From assembly GCA_965223545.1 (NCBI GenBank), contig OZ245006.1, positions 2,720,001-2,784,000 on the forward strand: DNA of 64,000 bases. The letters are read 5' to 3'. A model generated the notes under the pieces. That model worked only from the letters and a program-made list of their open reading frames with translations. It did no database searches and was not told the origin of the DNA. The DNA comes from Planctomycetota bacterium. GTDB lineage: Bacteria; Planctomycetota; UBA1135; UBA2386. Positions within the stretch are counted from its first letter, which is position 1, and every line of letters starts with the position of its first letter. This document shows positions 20,552 to 30,415 of the stretch, piece by piece. The position numbers were made by a program, and so were the translations under genes.

Positions 20552-22318
20552 ATGATCACGGCCGCGTGGATCGGCGCCGGCGTCGGCGCCGGCTTGCTGG
20601 CGTGGTGGGCGGCGCAGCGTGAGCTGCACGGCCGGCGCCCGTTCGGCACCGGCTGCACGCGCACGTGTCCGGCCTGCGGCGCGGCGATCGGCCGCGGCGG
20701 GATGCTGCGGGTGTCGACATCAGCGGGGGCGCTGCTGACCGCGGCGGCGAGCGGGGCCGCGTTCGCCGCCGCGTGGCCTTGGCTGCCCGGCGCGGCCGAT
20801 CCCGGCGCGGCACGGCTGGTCGCACTGCTGTGCTACGGCTTCCTGCTCACCAACTTGCTCGCCGCCTGCATCGTCGATGCGCGCCAACAGATCCTGCCGG
20901 ACGCCTTCACCTATTCGCTGCTCGGCGTCGGTCCGTTGGGCGCCGCGGCGGTGCCGGCGCTGGGAGGCACGTGGAGCATTCCCGGCGCCACCGGTGTCGG
21001 CGAGACGGTGTTGGCGGCGGTACTGGGCGCAGCGGCGGGCAGCGGCGGCCTGCAGGCGATCCGCTGGCTCGGACGCCACGCGTTCCGCACCGAGGCGATG
21101 GGCTTTGGCGACGTCAAGCTGATGGCCGGCTGCGGCGCGTTCATTGGCTGGCAGGGCGCGCTGCTGGCGATTCTGCTCGCCAGCTTGATCGGCGCCGTCT
21201 GGGGTCTGGGCCGGCGGCTGTTCACCGCGTCGCGCTACCTCGCGTTCGGGCCGTTTCTGGCGCTGGGCGCAGTGCTCGCTCTGCTCGGCGGCGACGCGCT
21301 GCGGCGCGCCGTGCTCGAGTCCCACACGAGTCTGTCGGGCGCCAACCCGCAGCTTCTCCTCGGGATCAGCATCGCGCTCATGCTCGCGCTGGTCTGGCTG
21401 GTCTGGAGCGGGCGGGCCAAGCAGCGCGCACCGCGCGCCCACGGTCACATCGCGGCCGCTGCCGAGGCAATGCGCCGGCTGCAGCTCGACCAGCTGTGGG
21501 ACACCGCCCCCGACACCGGCCGCCACCGCGACCTGGTGCGCTACATGATCGCCGTGCGCATGCTCGATCCGGAGGCGGTGATCGCGGACAGCACGCTCTG
21601 GTCCGGCTCCACACTGCCGTTCGTCTTGGGCGTCACCGATGCCGACGCCGACGAGATCGATCCCGCCCTCGGTTGGCTGCTCGCGCAGCGCGACACCGTG
21701 CACCAGCGGTTGTGCGAGCGGCATGCGACGAACACGGCGCGCGGGCGGTGGACCCGGCTGACGGTCGAGACGCCCGTCGCCCCGTGCCCCTTGGCAATGC
21801 GGGGCCACCCGCCGCGCATCGATCCGCCGCGCAGCCTGCACCTCGCGGTGTTGAGCACCGAGCGCGGCTGTCCGCTGGCCGCGTTCGCGCAGGCCACCGG
21901 TAGCGGCGACCGCGGCGCGCTTGACGAGGCGATGCAGAGCTTGGCGCCAGAGCTGCCATCCCCGCCATTCGAGGACGCCGTGGATGGTGCGCGGCATCCG
22001 CTCGGCGCCGCGTTCGCCGGCCTCGCCACGGTCGAAGCCGAGCTGGAGGCCGAGCGCGACCGGCGCGGCGCGGACCGCGACCGCCTCGCCCAGGCGCACC
22101 TGCTGCTGTGCCTGTTGGCGGAGTACGTCCGCTGGCACTTGGATGCCGCGCTCGACGGGGGGTGGAGTGACGCGCGCACCGACCTCGAGGGGTGGCAGGC
22201 GCACCCGGACGACGCGAGCGCCGATGGCATGCGGCCCGACGGATCGCCGACGGCGCGCCAGCAGCAATCGCTCGCGCAAGTGGCGGCGTTGGAATGCGAA
22301 GAAGCGCCGCGACGCTGA
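20552..22318 (+). CDS. A24 prepilin peptidase fused to a degenerate IS1634-like transposase domain
   Basis: CPAC, IVDARQQILPD, MGFGDVKL, YLAFGPFLALG (A24); C-terminal ~290 aa from 21440 resembles IS1634 transposases. Confidence 0.8.
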   Translation: MITAAWIGAGVGAGLLAWWAAQRELHGRRPFGTGCTRTCPACGAAIGRGGMLRVSTSAGALLTAAASGAAFAAAWPWLPGAADPGAARLVALLCYGFLLTNLLAACIVDARQQILPDAFTYSLLGVGPLGAAAVPALGGTWSIPGATGVGETVLAAVLGAAAGSGGLQAIRWLGRHAFRTEAMGFGDVKLMAGCGAFIGWQGALLAILLASLIGAVWGLGRRLFTASRYLAFGPFLALGAVLALLGGDALRRAVLESHTSLSGANPQLLLGISIALMLALVWLVWSGRAKQRAPRAHGHIAAAAEAMRRLQLDQLWDTAPDTGRHRDLVRYMIAVRMLDPEAVIADSTLWSGSTLPFVLGVTDADADEIDPALGWLLAQRDTVHQRLCERHATNTARGRWTRLTVETPVAPCPLAMRGHPPRIDPPRSLHLAVLSTERGCPLAAFAQATGSGDRGALDEAMQSLAPELPSPPFEDAVDGARHPLGAAFAGLATVEAELEAERDRRGADRDRLAQAHLLLCLLAEYVRWHLDAALDGGWSDARTDLEGWQAHPDDASADGMRPDGSPTARQQQSLAQVAALECEEAPRR

Positions 22319-22322
22319 CCGC

Positions 22323-22706
22323 TCACAGCTCCGCCGGCAAGCGACGGAGCGTTCCATGGGCATCGACCGACGCCAACGTCGTGGTCGCCTCCGCCACCAG
22401 CGCGCCGCCCTCGACGAACAGCTCGTAGCTCAAACACAACGAAGCGCGCTTGCGCTCGACCACGCGCGTGCGGATCTCGACGACGTCGTCGTAGCGCGTC
22501 GGACGGCGGTAGCGCACGTGCAGGTCGACGACCTGCAGCAACAAACCGCTGGCCTCCCAGTCGCGATACGACCGGCCGCGCGCGCGGAGCCACTCGGTGC
22601 GCGCTTCTTCGAGCCACGCCACGTAGGCACCGTGGTGCGCGACCCCCATCTGGTCGGTCTCGCAGTAGCGCACGCGCACTCGATGCACGGCTCCGCTGTC
22701 AGTCAT
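22323..22706 (-). CDS. YbgC/4HBT-family acyl-CoA thioesterase
   Basis: RVRYCETDQMGVAHHGAYVAWLEEARTEWL. Confidence 0.9.
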   Translation of the reverse strand: MTDSGAVHRVRVRYCETDQMGVAHHGAYVAWLEEARTEWLRARGRSYRDWEASGLLLQVVDLHVRYRRPTRYDDVVEIRTRVVERKRASLCLSYELFVEGGALVAEATTTLASVDAHGTLRRLPAEL

Positions 22707-23763
22707 GGCCGGCTCCAGCGCCCGCAGCTCGTTCGGCGGCCCATCGCTCGGCGACGACGAGCGGCGAGACGTCCTCGGCGGCCGCGGCGTCGAGGATCGC
22801 CCCGACGGTGTCGCCGAGCGCGCGCACCCGCGCCTCGTCCGGCGCGGCGCCGTGCAGGTGGAACCACGCGCCCTGCACCAACGCTCCCGCGTTGATGACG
22901 AAGTCCGGCGCCAACAGCACACCGCGCTCGTGCAACCGCTGGGCGATGTCCGCGCCGGCAAGCACGTTGTTCGCCGATCCCGCGATTGCGCGCGCGGGCA
23001 AGGTGCGCGCCAGCGCCTCGGTGAGCACGCCGCCGAGCGCGCACGGGGCAAAGACATCGCACTCGGTGCGCGTGATCTCGTCGACCGACACCGCGACGGC
23101 TCCAGCGGCGGCCAGCGCCGCCGCTCGAGATGGATCGCGGTCCGCCACCCAGACGCGCGCCCCTGCGGCACACAGACGACGGATCAAAGCTCCACCAACC
23201 GCGCCCGCGCCCTGCACCGCCACCCGCGCCCCGTCGAGCGCGCCTTTGCCCAAACGCGCGACTACTGCTTCGATGCCGGCGAACACTCCGAGCGCGGTCG
23301 CCTCCGCCAGATCGCCGGGGCCGCCTTCGCCGGGCAGCGTGACGAACTCGGTGCCGGCCGCCACCGCCAGCAGGTCGCGGTCGGTGGTGCCGACGTCCGG
23401 CCCGGTGTAGTAGCTGCCAGCGAGCCGCGCCACCTCGCGACCGATCAGCCGATAGGCGCCGTCGCGGTCGAGCTGCGCGTGATCGACGAGCACCGTCTTG
23501 CCCCCGCCGCCGGGCACACCGGCGATCGCGCACTTGAGCGTCATCGCCCGCGCCAGGGCCAGCGCGTCCTCGATCGCGCCGCCGAGATCGGGGTAGCTCC
23601 AGCGCCGGATCCCGCCGAACGCGGGCCCGCGGCGGGTGCTGTCGATCGCGATGACCGCGGTGGCACGGGATCGGGGGTCCGTCACGACGTGCAGCCGCTC
23701 GAACGCCGGAAACGCGGCAGAATCGCGGGCGGGGCTCACGGGGCGAGGCGTTTTAATCGCCAC
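22699..23763 (-). CDS. Glu/Leu/Phe/Val dehydrogenase
   Basis: GPAFGGIR, MTLKCA, GGGK, GPDVGT, VAVQGAGAVG, DVFAPCALGG, PDFVINAG. Confidence 0.92.
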   Translation of the reverse strand: MAIKTPRPVSPARDSAAFPAFERLHVVTDPRSRATAVIAIDSTRRGPAFGGIRRWSYPDLGGAIEDALALARAMTLKCAIAGVPGGGGKTVLVDHAQLDRDGAYRLIGREVARLAGSYYTGPDVGTTDRDLLAVAAGTEFVTLPGEGGPGDLAEATALGVFAGIEAVVARLGKGALDGARVAVQGAGAVGGALIRRLCAAGARVWVADRDPSRAAALAAAGAVAVSVDEITRTECDVFAPCALGGVLTEALARTLPARAIAGSANNVLAGADIAQRLHERGVLLAPDFVINAGALVQGAWFHLHGAAPDEARVRALGDTVGAILDAAAAEDVSPLVVAERWAAERAAGAGAGHD

Positions 23764-23835
23764 CGCCGGTTTTTGGGAAGCAGATCACTGCCTTCGCCAT
23801 CCAACCGCCCCCGGAACCCCGACCGCCGCCGACTC

Positions 23836-24807
23836 ATGACGCATCGCCACCTCTCGCTCACCATCGCCCTCGCGTCGGTCGCGCTGGCCGCGTGCGCCTC
23901 GGGCCCCGCCGACCGGGGCGGGATCTACGACCCCGCCCTCGAGGAGACGGTCCGCGCCCAACGGGCGGCGATGGCCGAGGCGGAGGCCAAGCTCGGCGAC
24001 TTCAACATGGTGCTGCTGAACCTCGACAAGTCGATCGACAAGTTCGTCGAGGCCACCGCGCGCAACGACTTCCAGCGCGCGGATCGACTGGCGCACAGCC
24101 TCGAGGACTACCTGCGCAAGACCGTGACCAAGCACATCGACGCGCTGATCGTCACCGCCGACGACCGCACCGAGAACTCCGGGGCCAACCGGGCCCGCGC
24201 GGTCGGCGCGCTCGGCTTCTACGTGCCAGGCGAGGACGGCCCGGCGCGCGACGTGCTCAACCCGCTGCTCAACGCCGCCCGCGACGGCGACGACGCGGTG
24301 ATCACCAACGCGGTCTTCAGCCTGGGCATGCTCGGCGATCCCGACACGCCGATCGACGTGCTCGCCGGCATCCTCGAGGACCAGCAGCGACCGGCGAAGA
24401 TGCGCATCGGCGCGGCGTGGAGTCTGCTGCGCCTGCAGCGGAACCTGCTCGAACCACGCGCCGTCGCCCCGGTGTGGATGCGGCTGTTGACCCAAGCCGA
24501 ACACGATCCCGAGCCCTGGGTGATCATCCAGTCGCTGCGCGGCCTGGGCAAGCTGCGCAACAGCGCGCACGCCGAGATCCCGACCGACTATCTGACGCAT
24601 CCGACCCCGCTGGTCCGCCAGGCGGCGGCAATCGCGCTGGGCTACATGGGCAACAGCGAAGCGAGCGAGCCGCTCATCGCCCGCCTCGGCCCCGAGGAAT
24701 CCAACGCCAACGTGCGGCTGACGATCCGCAAGGCGCTGCAAGCCCTCGCCGGCGGCACCGACCGCGGCTACGACCAAAAAGAGTGGCGCCGCGTATTCGC
24801 GCAGTAA
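23836..24807 (+). CDS. HEAT-repeat lipoprotein
   Basis: Lipobox LAAC; HEAT-like repeats such as VRQAAAIALG. Confidence 0.8.
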   Translation: MTHRHLSLTIALASVALAACASGPADRGGIYDPALEETVRAQRAAMAEAEAKLGDFNMVLLNLDKSIDKFVEATARNDFQRADRLAHSLEDYLRKTVTKHIDALIVTADDRTENSGANRARAVGALGFYVPGEDGPARDVLNPLLNAARDGDDAVITNAVFSLGMLGDPDTPIDVLAGILEDQQRPAKMRIGAAWSLLRLQRNLLEPRAVAPVWMRLLTQAEHDPEPWVIIQSLRGLGKLRNSAHAEIPTDYLTHPTPLVRQAAAIALGYMGNSEASEPLIARLGPEESNANVRLTIRKALQALAGGTDRGYDQKEWRRVFAQ

Positions 24808-24894
24808 TGAACGTACGGAGCCAGGCTCCGATTCATCACCGGCCGCCGCTGCGGCGGCCGGTGATGAATCGGAGCCTGGCTCCGTACGTTCATT
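24806..24894. repeat. Perfect 89 bp palindrome (44 bp arms, 1 nt centre) made of two inverted REP-like units (REPIN-like)
   Basis: 24806-24849 is the exact revcomp of 24851-24894; each arm contains GTACGGAGCCAGGCTCCG. Confidence 0.92.
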
Positions 24895-24998
24895 CGGTGG
24901 CGGGTCGGGGGCGCGCGGGGCGTTGTTTCAGGTAGCCGCACCGGCGCGCGTGGGAGTGATCCGACTCCTGGTGCCGGTGCACAGCCCTGGAGCCCACG

Positions 24999-27743
24999 AT
25001 GTCGAGCTACCCGCAACGCGTTCGCGTCGGCAAGGCCCCCTACGGGGTCGATTATCTGATGCAGTCTCACGTCCTCTTGCGCTTCAACGCGCAGACCAGC
25101 GACCGCGATATCGATCGCATCCTGGCCAGACACAAGCTCGCCGAACGGTCCGCACGCAGCGGGCCGCGCGGGCCGAACCCCCTGCACGCGGCGAAGATGC
25201 GCTGGGTAGAGCTCAGCGGCCAGCAGCTCGAGGGCGACGCCGGCGACGCGGCGGCTGCCTTGCGCGGCCAGATCGCCGAGGTCGAAGCCGCGCATCCGGT
25301 CTACTTCGCCGAGGGGCACGGTCCGGAGTCGGCGGCGGCGCCGGTGGACAATGTTGTGGTCCTCGAGATCGAGGCCCGGCAGCGCGACCGCGCGCTGAAG
25401 CAGCTCGCCAGCGCGGGCCTCAAGCACAACAAGCGCATGTCGGAGCTGCTGGGCGATTTCGACTACTTCGAGACGACCGGTGACGAGGAGCAGCAGTCCG
25501 GCACCGTGTTCGACCACTTGACGCGGGCGGGCCAAGTCCCCGGGGTGGTCTTCGCCGAGGCCGACTGGCTCAAGCTCGAGACCTACTTGTTGGTGCCGAA
25601 CGACACGCAGTGGGCCAACCAGTGGAACATGCAGCGCATCAATCTGGTCAACGCCTGGGACGTGCAGACCGGGGCGGCGGGGACTTGGATCGCGATCATC
25701 GATTCGGGCTTCGACCTCGGCCATCCCGACCTCGCGTTCACCCCCAACGCCGGCGCCACGCTCACGCACTTCAATGCCGACGCGGCCGCCGGCGGCGCTG
25801 CGCCTCCGTACGATGCGAGCTCGGCGGGCGTTTCCCACGGCACGGCAGTGGCGGGCCTCGCCGCCGCGACGCTCAACAACAACACCGGGGTGGCCGGCGT
25901 CGCCGGCGGCTGCACCGTCATGCCGGTGCGGCTCGGCACCGTGCCCACCGCGAGCAAGGTCACGGCCGGCGTCAACTGGGCGGCGGCCAACGGCGCGGCG
26001 GTGGCCAGCATGAGCCTGAGCACGACGCCGACCGCCGCGGCCGCCGCGGCGATGGCCAACGCCTGGACCGCCGGTCTGGTGCTGTGCGCCGCGACCGGCA
26101 ACGGTGGCGGCGACGCGGTCTCGCCCCCCGTCAGCTTTCCAGCCAACCACGCCAACGTCATCGCGGTCGGCGCCTCGGACCAGAACGACCAGCGCAAGCG
26201 CCCGGCGAGCGCCGACGGTGAGTGCTGGGGCAGCCAATTCGGCGCCGAGGTCGATGTCCTCGCACCGGGCGTCCTGTGTTGGAGCACGGACGAGCAGGGC
26301 GCCAACGGCTACAACAACAGCGGCGGCGCCGGCACGACCTGGGCGTGCGTCGCCTACGCCAGCACGGGGGACGCGGCAGGCGACTACATTTCTCTCTTTG
26401 ACGGCACCTCGGCGGCGACGCCGCATGTCGCCGGTCTCGCCGGGCTCCTGCGCTCGCAGTACCCGGCACTCACCAACCAGGAGGTCCGCGACATCATCGA
26501 ACGGACCTGCGCCAAGGTGAGCCCGGCACTGTACGCCTACGCCAACACCCCCGGCCGGCCGAACGGCACCTGGCACCAAGAGGTCGGCCACGGCCGCATC
26601 GACTGCGACGCGGCGCTGCGCTACTGCGACGTGATGATCTCGGACCACAACCTCGACGACGGCAGTGTGCCCTCGTCGGAGCTGGTCGGCGGCGCGTGGA
26701 CCCCGAGAGCGTTCTGGCGCTACCAGCCGTACGTCACCCAGGCCAGCAACCCCGGCGCCCTGCCCACCGACCACGAGCCGGCCAAGGCCGGTCAGGACAA
26801 CTACGTCCACGCCTACGTCACCAACAACGGGCCGGCGACGGCGACCAACATCCAGCTCACCTGGCACATCATGGACTACCCGGGAACCGAGCTGATCTGG
26901 CCGACCGATTGGAACGCGGGCAACCAGATCGCATCCGCGTCGATCGGCAGCTTGGCAGCCGGCGCGTCGGTGGCGGTCGAGGCGCTATGGCCGCAGGCGT
27001 TGGTCGACATCGCCTCGGCCTACGCCCACCCGTGCATGGTCGTGCAAGCGACGTGCGCGGCGGACGTCGGCGGTGATCTCAGCCCCAAGGTGTACGACTA
27101 CAACAACATCGCCCAGCACAACATCTCCTTCGCCGGCTTCTCTGCCGCCGGCGCCGGGACTGCTGGCGACGCGGACCAGCGCACGTTCACGCTGCCCTTC
27201 GCCGTCGGCCACGCGTCGGTGCGCCGCCCGCGACGCGCCACCCTCGATTTCGACCTGCGCCGCCTCGGCGCCGCCGAGGTGTTCGTCGACCTCGATCCGG
27301 CCGACGACCTGCCGTACGTCGAGCGCATCCGCGAAGTCGTGCACAAGCAACCGACCCAAGGCGCCAAGGGGTGCGGCCTGACGCTGCGCAGCGACGCCCG
27401 CGTCCTGATCGACTGCTGCGGCTGTCGCGCCGAGATCCTGGTCAAGGCCGGAACCCGCGCGCGCATGCTGTGTGGCGACCCCGGTGGCAAGCCCGACCTC
27501 GGCAACCTGACCCTGCGCAACGCGGTCCGCGTCCAACGCGGGGGACGCCCTCAGCTTCTGCTGCGCGGCCCGGTGGCCAGCGTCGAGCTCGATCTGCAAG
27601 CTGGCGAAGTCCTGCCGATGGCGATGACCGTGGTCGCGCCGGCGGACTCGGTGGCTGGCGAGGTGTTCGAGGCCGACGTCACGCAGTCGACCGATGGGGC
27701 CGCCGACGGCGGAGTGAGCCTGCGCGTCGAAGCCACCGCGTGA
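24999..27743 (+). CDS. S8 subtilisin-like serine peptidase with C-terminal beta-sandwich extensions
   Basis: IAIIDSG (Asp), SHGTAVAG (His), AATGN, FDGTSAATPHVAG (Ser). Confidence 0.95.
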   Translation: MSSYPQRVRVGKAPYGVDYLMQSHVLLRFNAQTSDRDIDRILARHKLAERSARSGPRGPNPLHAAKMRWVELSGQQLEGDAGDAAAALRGQIAEVEAAHPVYFAEGHGPESAAAPVDNVVVLEIEARQRDRALKQLASAGLKHNKRMSELLGDFDYFETTGDEEQQSGTVFDHLTRAGQVPGVVFAEADWLKLETYLLVPNDTQWANQWNMQRINLVNAWDVQTGAAGTWIAIIDSGFDLGHPDLAFTPNAGATLTHFNADAAAGGAAPPYDASSAGVSHGTAVAGLAAATLNNNTGVAGVAGGCTVMPVRLGTVPTASKVTAGVNWAAANGAAVASMSLSTTPTAAAAAAMANAWTAGLVLCAATGNGGGDAVSPPVSFPANHANVIAVGASDQNDQRKRPASADGECWGSQFGAEVDVLAPGVLCWSTDEQGANGYNNSGGAGTTWACVAYASTGDAAGDYISLFDGTSAATPHVAGLAGLLRSQYPALTNQEVRDIIERTCAKVSPALYAYANTPGRPNGTWHQEVGHGRIDCDAALRYCDVMISDHNLDDGSVPSSELVGGAWTPRAFWRYQPYVTQASNPGALPTDHEPAKAGQDNYVHAYVTNNGPATATNIQLTWHIMDYPGTELIWPTDWNAGNQIASASIGSLAAGASVAVEALWPQALVDIASAYAHPCMVVQATCAADVGGDLSPKVYDYNNIAQHNISFAGFSAAGAGTAGDADQRTFTLPFAVGHASVRRPRRATLDFDLRRLGAAEVFVDLDPADDLPYVERIREVVHKQPTQGAKGCGLTLRSDARVLIDCCGCRAEILVKAGTRARMLCGDPGGKPDLGNLTLRNAVRVQRGGRPQLLLRGPVASVELDLQAGEVLPMAMTVVAPADSVAGEVFEADVTQSTDGAADGGVSLRVEATA

Positions 27744-27806
27744 AACGCGGGTCGGCCCGCGGGCAGCCACTTGCCGGTGGCGACCAACGCGGCTACGACC
27801 GGATGA

Positions 27807-30410
27807 ATGTCAACCGGTGCCCGCTCGGTCGCCCAGCGCCGCTGGTGCGCCGCGGCTCTCGCCGCCGTCGTCACCACCGGCCTCGCGGGACGGACCACCG
27901 CCGCATGCCAAGCTCCGGCCGAAGCGCCAGCGCCCGCGGCGGCCGACGCTGCGGTCGAGCAGCTGCTCGACCACCACCACGGCCCGATCCGCGGCCGGTT
28001 GTCGCACTGCGTGTTGCAGCTGCGCCCTCTCGAAGAAGGCGAGGACCGCGCGCTTCGCGTCGCTCTGCAGCCGGACCGCATGCGCGTCGATCACGACGAT
28101 CGGCGCGTCGACCTGTGGATCGAGGGCACTGGCTGGAGCTGCGCGCCCGACCGCGGCGTCGAGCGGTTGCGCGGTGCGCCGCTGGCAGCGCTGGAGACGC
28201 TGCGGGAGCACGTCCGGGCGCTGCTTCTACAACCGCTCTACGACGCGCGCTCGGTGCAACCGGCGGCCGACGGCCGGCTGCGGTTGGCGCTCTCCGGCGA
28301 TGAAATCTGGTGGTTGACGCGCAGCGCGACCGGCGGCGTCGAAGAGCTGCGCGGACCAAACGGCGCGGTCGTGTTTCGCGCGCTGCTGGAGACCGGAGTC
28401 ACGCGGTTGCCGAAGGTCGCCAAACTCGGCGCGCTGGGCGAGCACGCCGTGGAGTTCGAGGGCTACGACCTGAGCTTCGACCCCTCCGTGTTCCACGATC
28501 CGTACCAGTCCGTCGACGACGAAACCGCGCCGCCGCGCTCGCGCACCGCGCAGCTGACGGGTGGCGAGGAGCTGCCGCGCCGAGCGGAGCTCCAGCACGT
28601 GGATGCGCGATCGTTCTTGGTGCTGGACGACCCCGGTGGGTGGCCGGCGCGCATCGAGGCGGTCATGGCCGCGGGAGGCACCCTGTACGACCGGGGGCAG
28701 GCACCCCGGGGACTGCCCACGTACGTCGCGCTCGGCAGTGGCCACCGGCAGCTGTGGGTCCCGTTCGGACCGGATCCAGCCCGCGGCCACGCCCCGTTTG
28801 CCGCCGCGCAAGACGAGCGCATCCGACACGCTCCGGCACAATCGTGCCTGGTGATCGGAACCGCGCCGGGCCCCTGGGACGACGTGGTCGGCGCCGCCCA
28901 CGCGAAGCTGAGAGAGACCGCCGAACGGCGCGGCATGCGCACCACCGGCCCGTTGCGCGTCATCCCCTGGACCGGGGTCGAAGTGCCCAGCGCCGCTGAT
29001 CGACAACGCATGCAGTTTCGGCTGGAGCTGCCGGTCCGAGCCAATGACGCCCGCCACGCGCCTGACAGCGCAGTCCAGGCCTCGGCGGCGGTCGGCTTCA
29101 GCGTTTCGCTGTGGGTCCGCGCAGCGCCGGAGCAAGCCGGCTTCACTCCGCTGTTCAGCAGCAAGCCGTGGTCGGTAGAGGTGATCGACGACTTCACCTC
29201 CAACCACAACACCGGTCGCGCGCCGCGCGCAGGGTTGGCGGCCGGCTGGTGCATCGCGCTGCAGCCCGATGGCTCATGGCTGTGGAACGTCGGGGACGGC
29301 GAGACACGCCTCGACTACTTGCCGACGGTGGGCACCCAGCCGGTCGCCGACGGCGAGTGGCACCACCTCGCCGCGGTGGTCGATCGCCAGGCCGGCACGG
29401 TGCGCTTGTTCCACGACGGCCGTACCGTCGCGGTCTACGACTTGGGGGCGCTGCGATCGCTGCCGGCGGGCGCCGCCGTCGCCGTCGATTCCGGTGAAGT
29501 CGAGATCGAATCCGCCTCGATCGCGGCCGGCGTCTTGCTGCGACCTGAAGACGTCCTCCAGGCGGCCGCCTCCCGCCGGCCGGCGCCACCGCCCGCCGCG
29601 ACCCTCGACGACGGCGCGCTCCGCGTCCTGGCGTGGAACATCTGGCACGGGGGCCGGCGCGACGGCGAAGAGATCGGCGTTCGCCGCGTGGTCGACGTGA
29701 TCCGCGCCAGCGGCGCCGACGTGGTCGCCATGCAGGAGACCTACGGGTCGGGTCCGCGCATCGCCGACGCACTCGGTTGGACGCTCTATCTCCGCTCGAG
29801 CAACATCAGCGTGCTGAGCCGCTTTCCGATCATCGACACGCACGCCATCTTCGAGCCCTTCCACAGCGGTGGTGTCACGCTCGACCTGGGTGCCGGCCGG
29901 CGCGCCACGGTGTTCTCGATCTGGCTGCGCCACCTGCCCGACTACGACGCTGCCATCGACGATGGCGCGGACGCAGCACAGCTGATCCTGGCCGAGGCCC
30001 CCACTCGACTGCGCGAGATCAACGCGATCCTCAGCGCGCTGCTGCCCCACGTGCGCGCGGCAAAGCGCGTCCCCCTGGTGGTCGCCGGTGACTTCAACAG
30101 CCCCTCGCACCTGGACTGGACCGAAGCGGCGCGCGACCACAACCGCGGGCTGGTCGTGCGGTGGCCGGTCAGCCGCGCGATGGCGAACCTCGGGTTCGTC
30201 GACGCGTTCCGCCGGGCACGGCCCGATCCAGTCGCCGAACCCGGCCGCACCTGGTCGCCGCGCTTCACCGACGCGCGCCAGGATCGGATCGACTACGTCT
30301 ACGTACTCGGTGACAACGTCACGATCGCCGATGCCCGCATGCTCGACCAGCACGCCGAGCGGTGGCCCAGCGACCACGCCGCGGTGTTGGCCACTCTGCG
30401 GCTGCGCTGA
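27807..30410 (+). CDS. Multidomain exported protein: unknown N-terminus + LamG-like domain + endonuclease/exonuclease/phosphatase (EEP) domain
   Basis: DGEWHHLAAVVDR (LamG); WNIWHGG, MQETYG, GDFNSPSH, DRIDYV, WPSDHAAV (EEP). Confidence 0.85.
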   Translation: MSTGARSVAQRRWCAAALAAVVTTGLAGRTTAACQAPAEAPAPAAADAAVEQLLDHHHGPIRGRLSHCVLQLRPLEEGEDRALRVALQPDRMRVDHDDRRVDLWIEGTGWSCAPDRGVERLRGAPLAALETLREHVRALLLQPLYDARSVQPAADGRLRLALSGDEIWWLTRSATGGVEELRGPNGAVVFRALLETGVTRLPKVAKLGALGEHAVEFEGYDLSFDPSVFHDPYQSVDDETAPPRSRTAQLTGGEELPRRAELQHVDARSFLVLDDPGGWPARIEAVMAAGGTLYDRGQAPRGLPTYVALGSGHRQLWVPFGPDPARGHAPFAAAQDERIRHAPAQSCLVIGTAPGPWDDVVGAAHAKLRETAERRGMRTTGPLRVIPWTGVEVPSAADRQRMQFRLELPVRANDARHAPDSAVQASAAVGFSVSLWVRAAPEQAGFTPLFSSKPWSVEVIDDFTSNHNTGRAPRAGLAAGWCIALQPDGSWLWNVGDGETRLDYLPTVGTQPVADGEWHHLAAVVDRQAGTVRLFHDGRTVAVYDLGALRSLPAGAAVAVDSGEVEIESASIAAGVLLRPEDVLQAAASRRPAPPPAATLDDGALRVLAWNIWHGGRRDGEEIGVRRVVDVIRASGADVVAMQETYGSGPRIADALGWTLYLRSSNISVLSRFPIIDTHAIFEPFHSGGVTLDLGAGRRATVFSIWLRHLPDYDAAIDDGADAAQLILAEAPTRLREINAILSALLPHVRAAKRVPLVVAGDFNSPSHLDWTEAARDHNRGLVVRWPVSRAMANLGFVDAFRRARPDPVAEPGRTWSPRFTDARQDRIDYVYVLGDNVTIADARMLDQHAERWPSDHAAVLATLRLR

Positions 30411-30415
30411 CGCAT

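Noticed and set aside
24768..24935. Duplicated peptide MNVRSQAPIHHRPP..RRPVMNRSLAPYVH in ORFs on both strands
   Set aside because: A by-product of the DNA palindrome, not a protein repeat.
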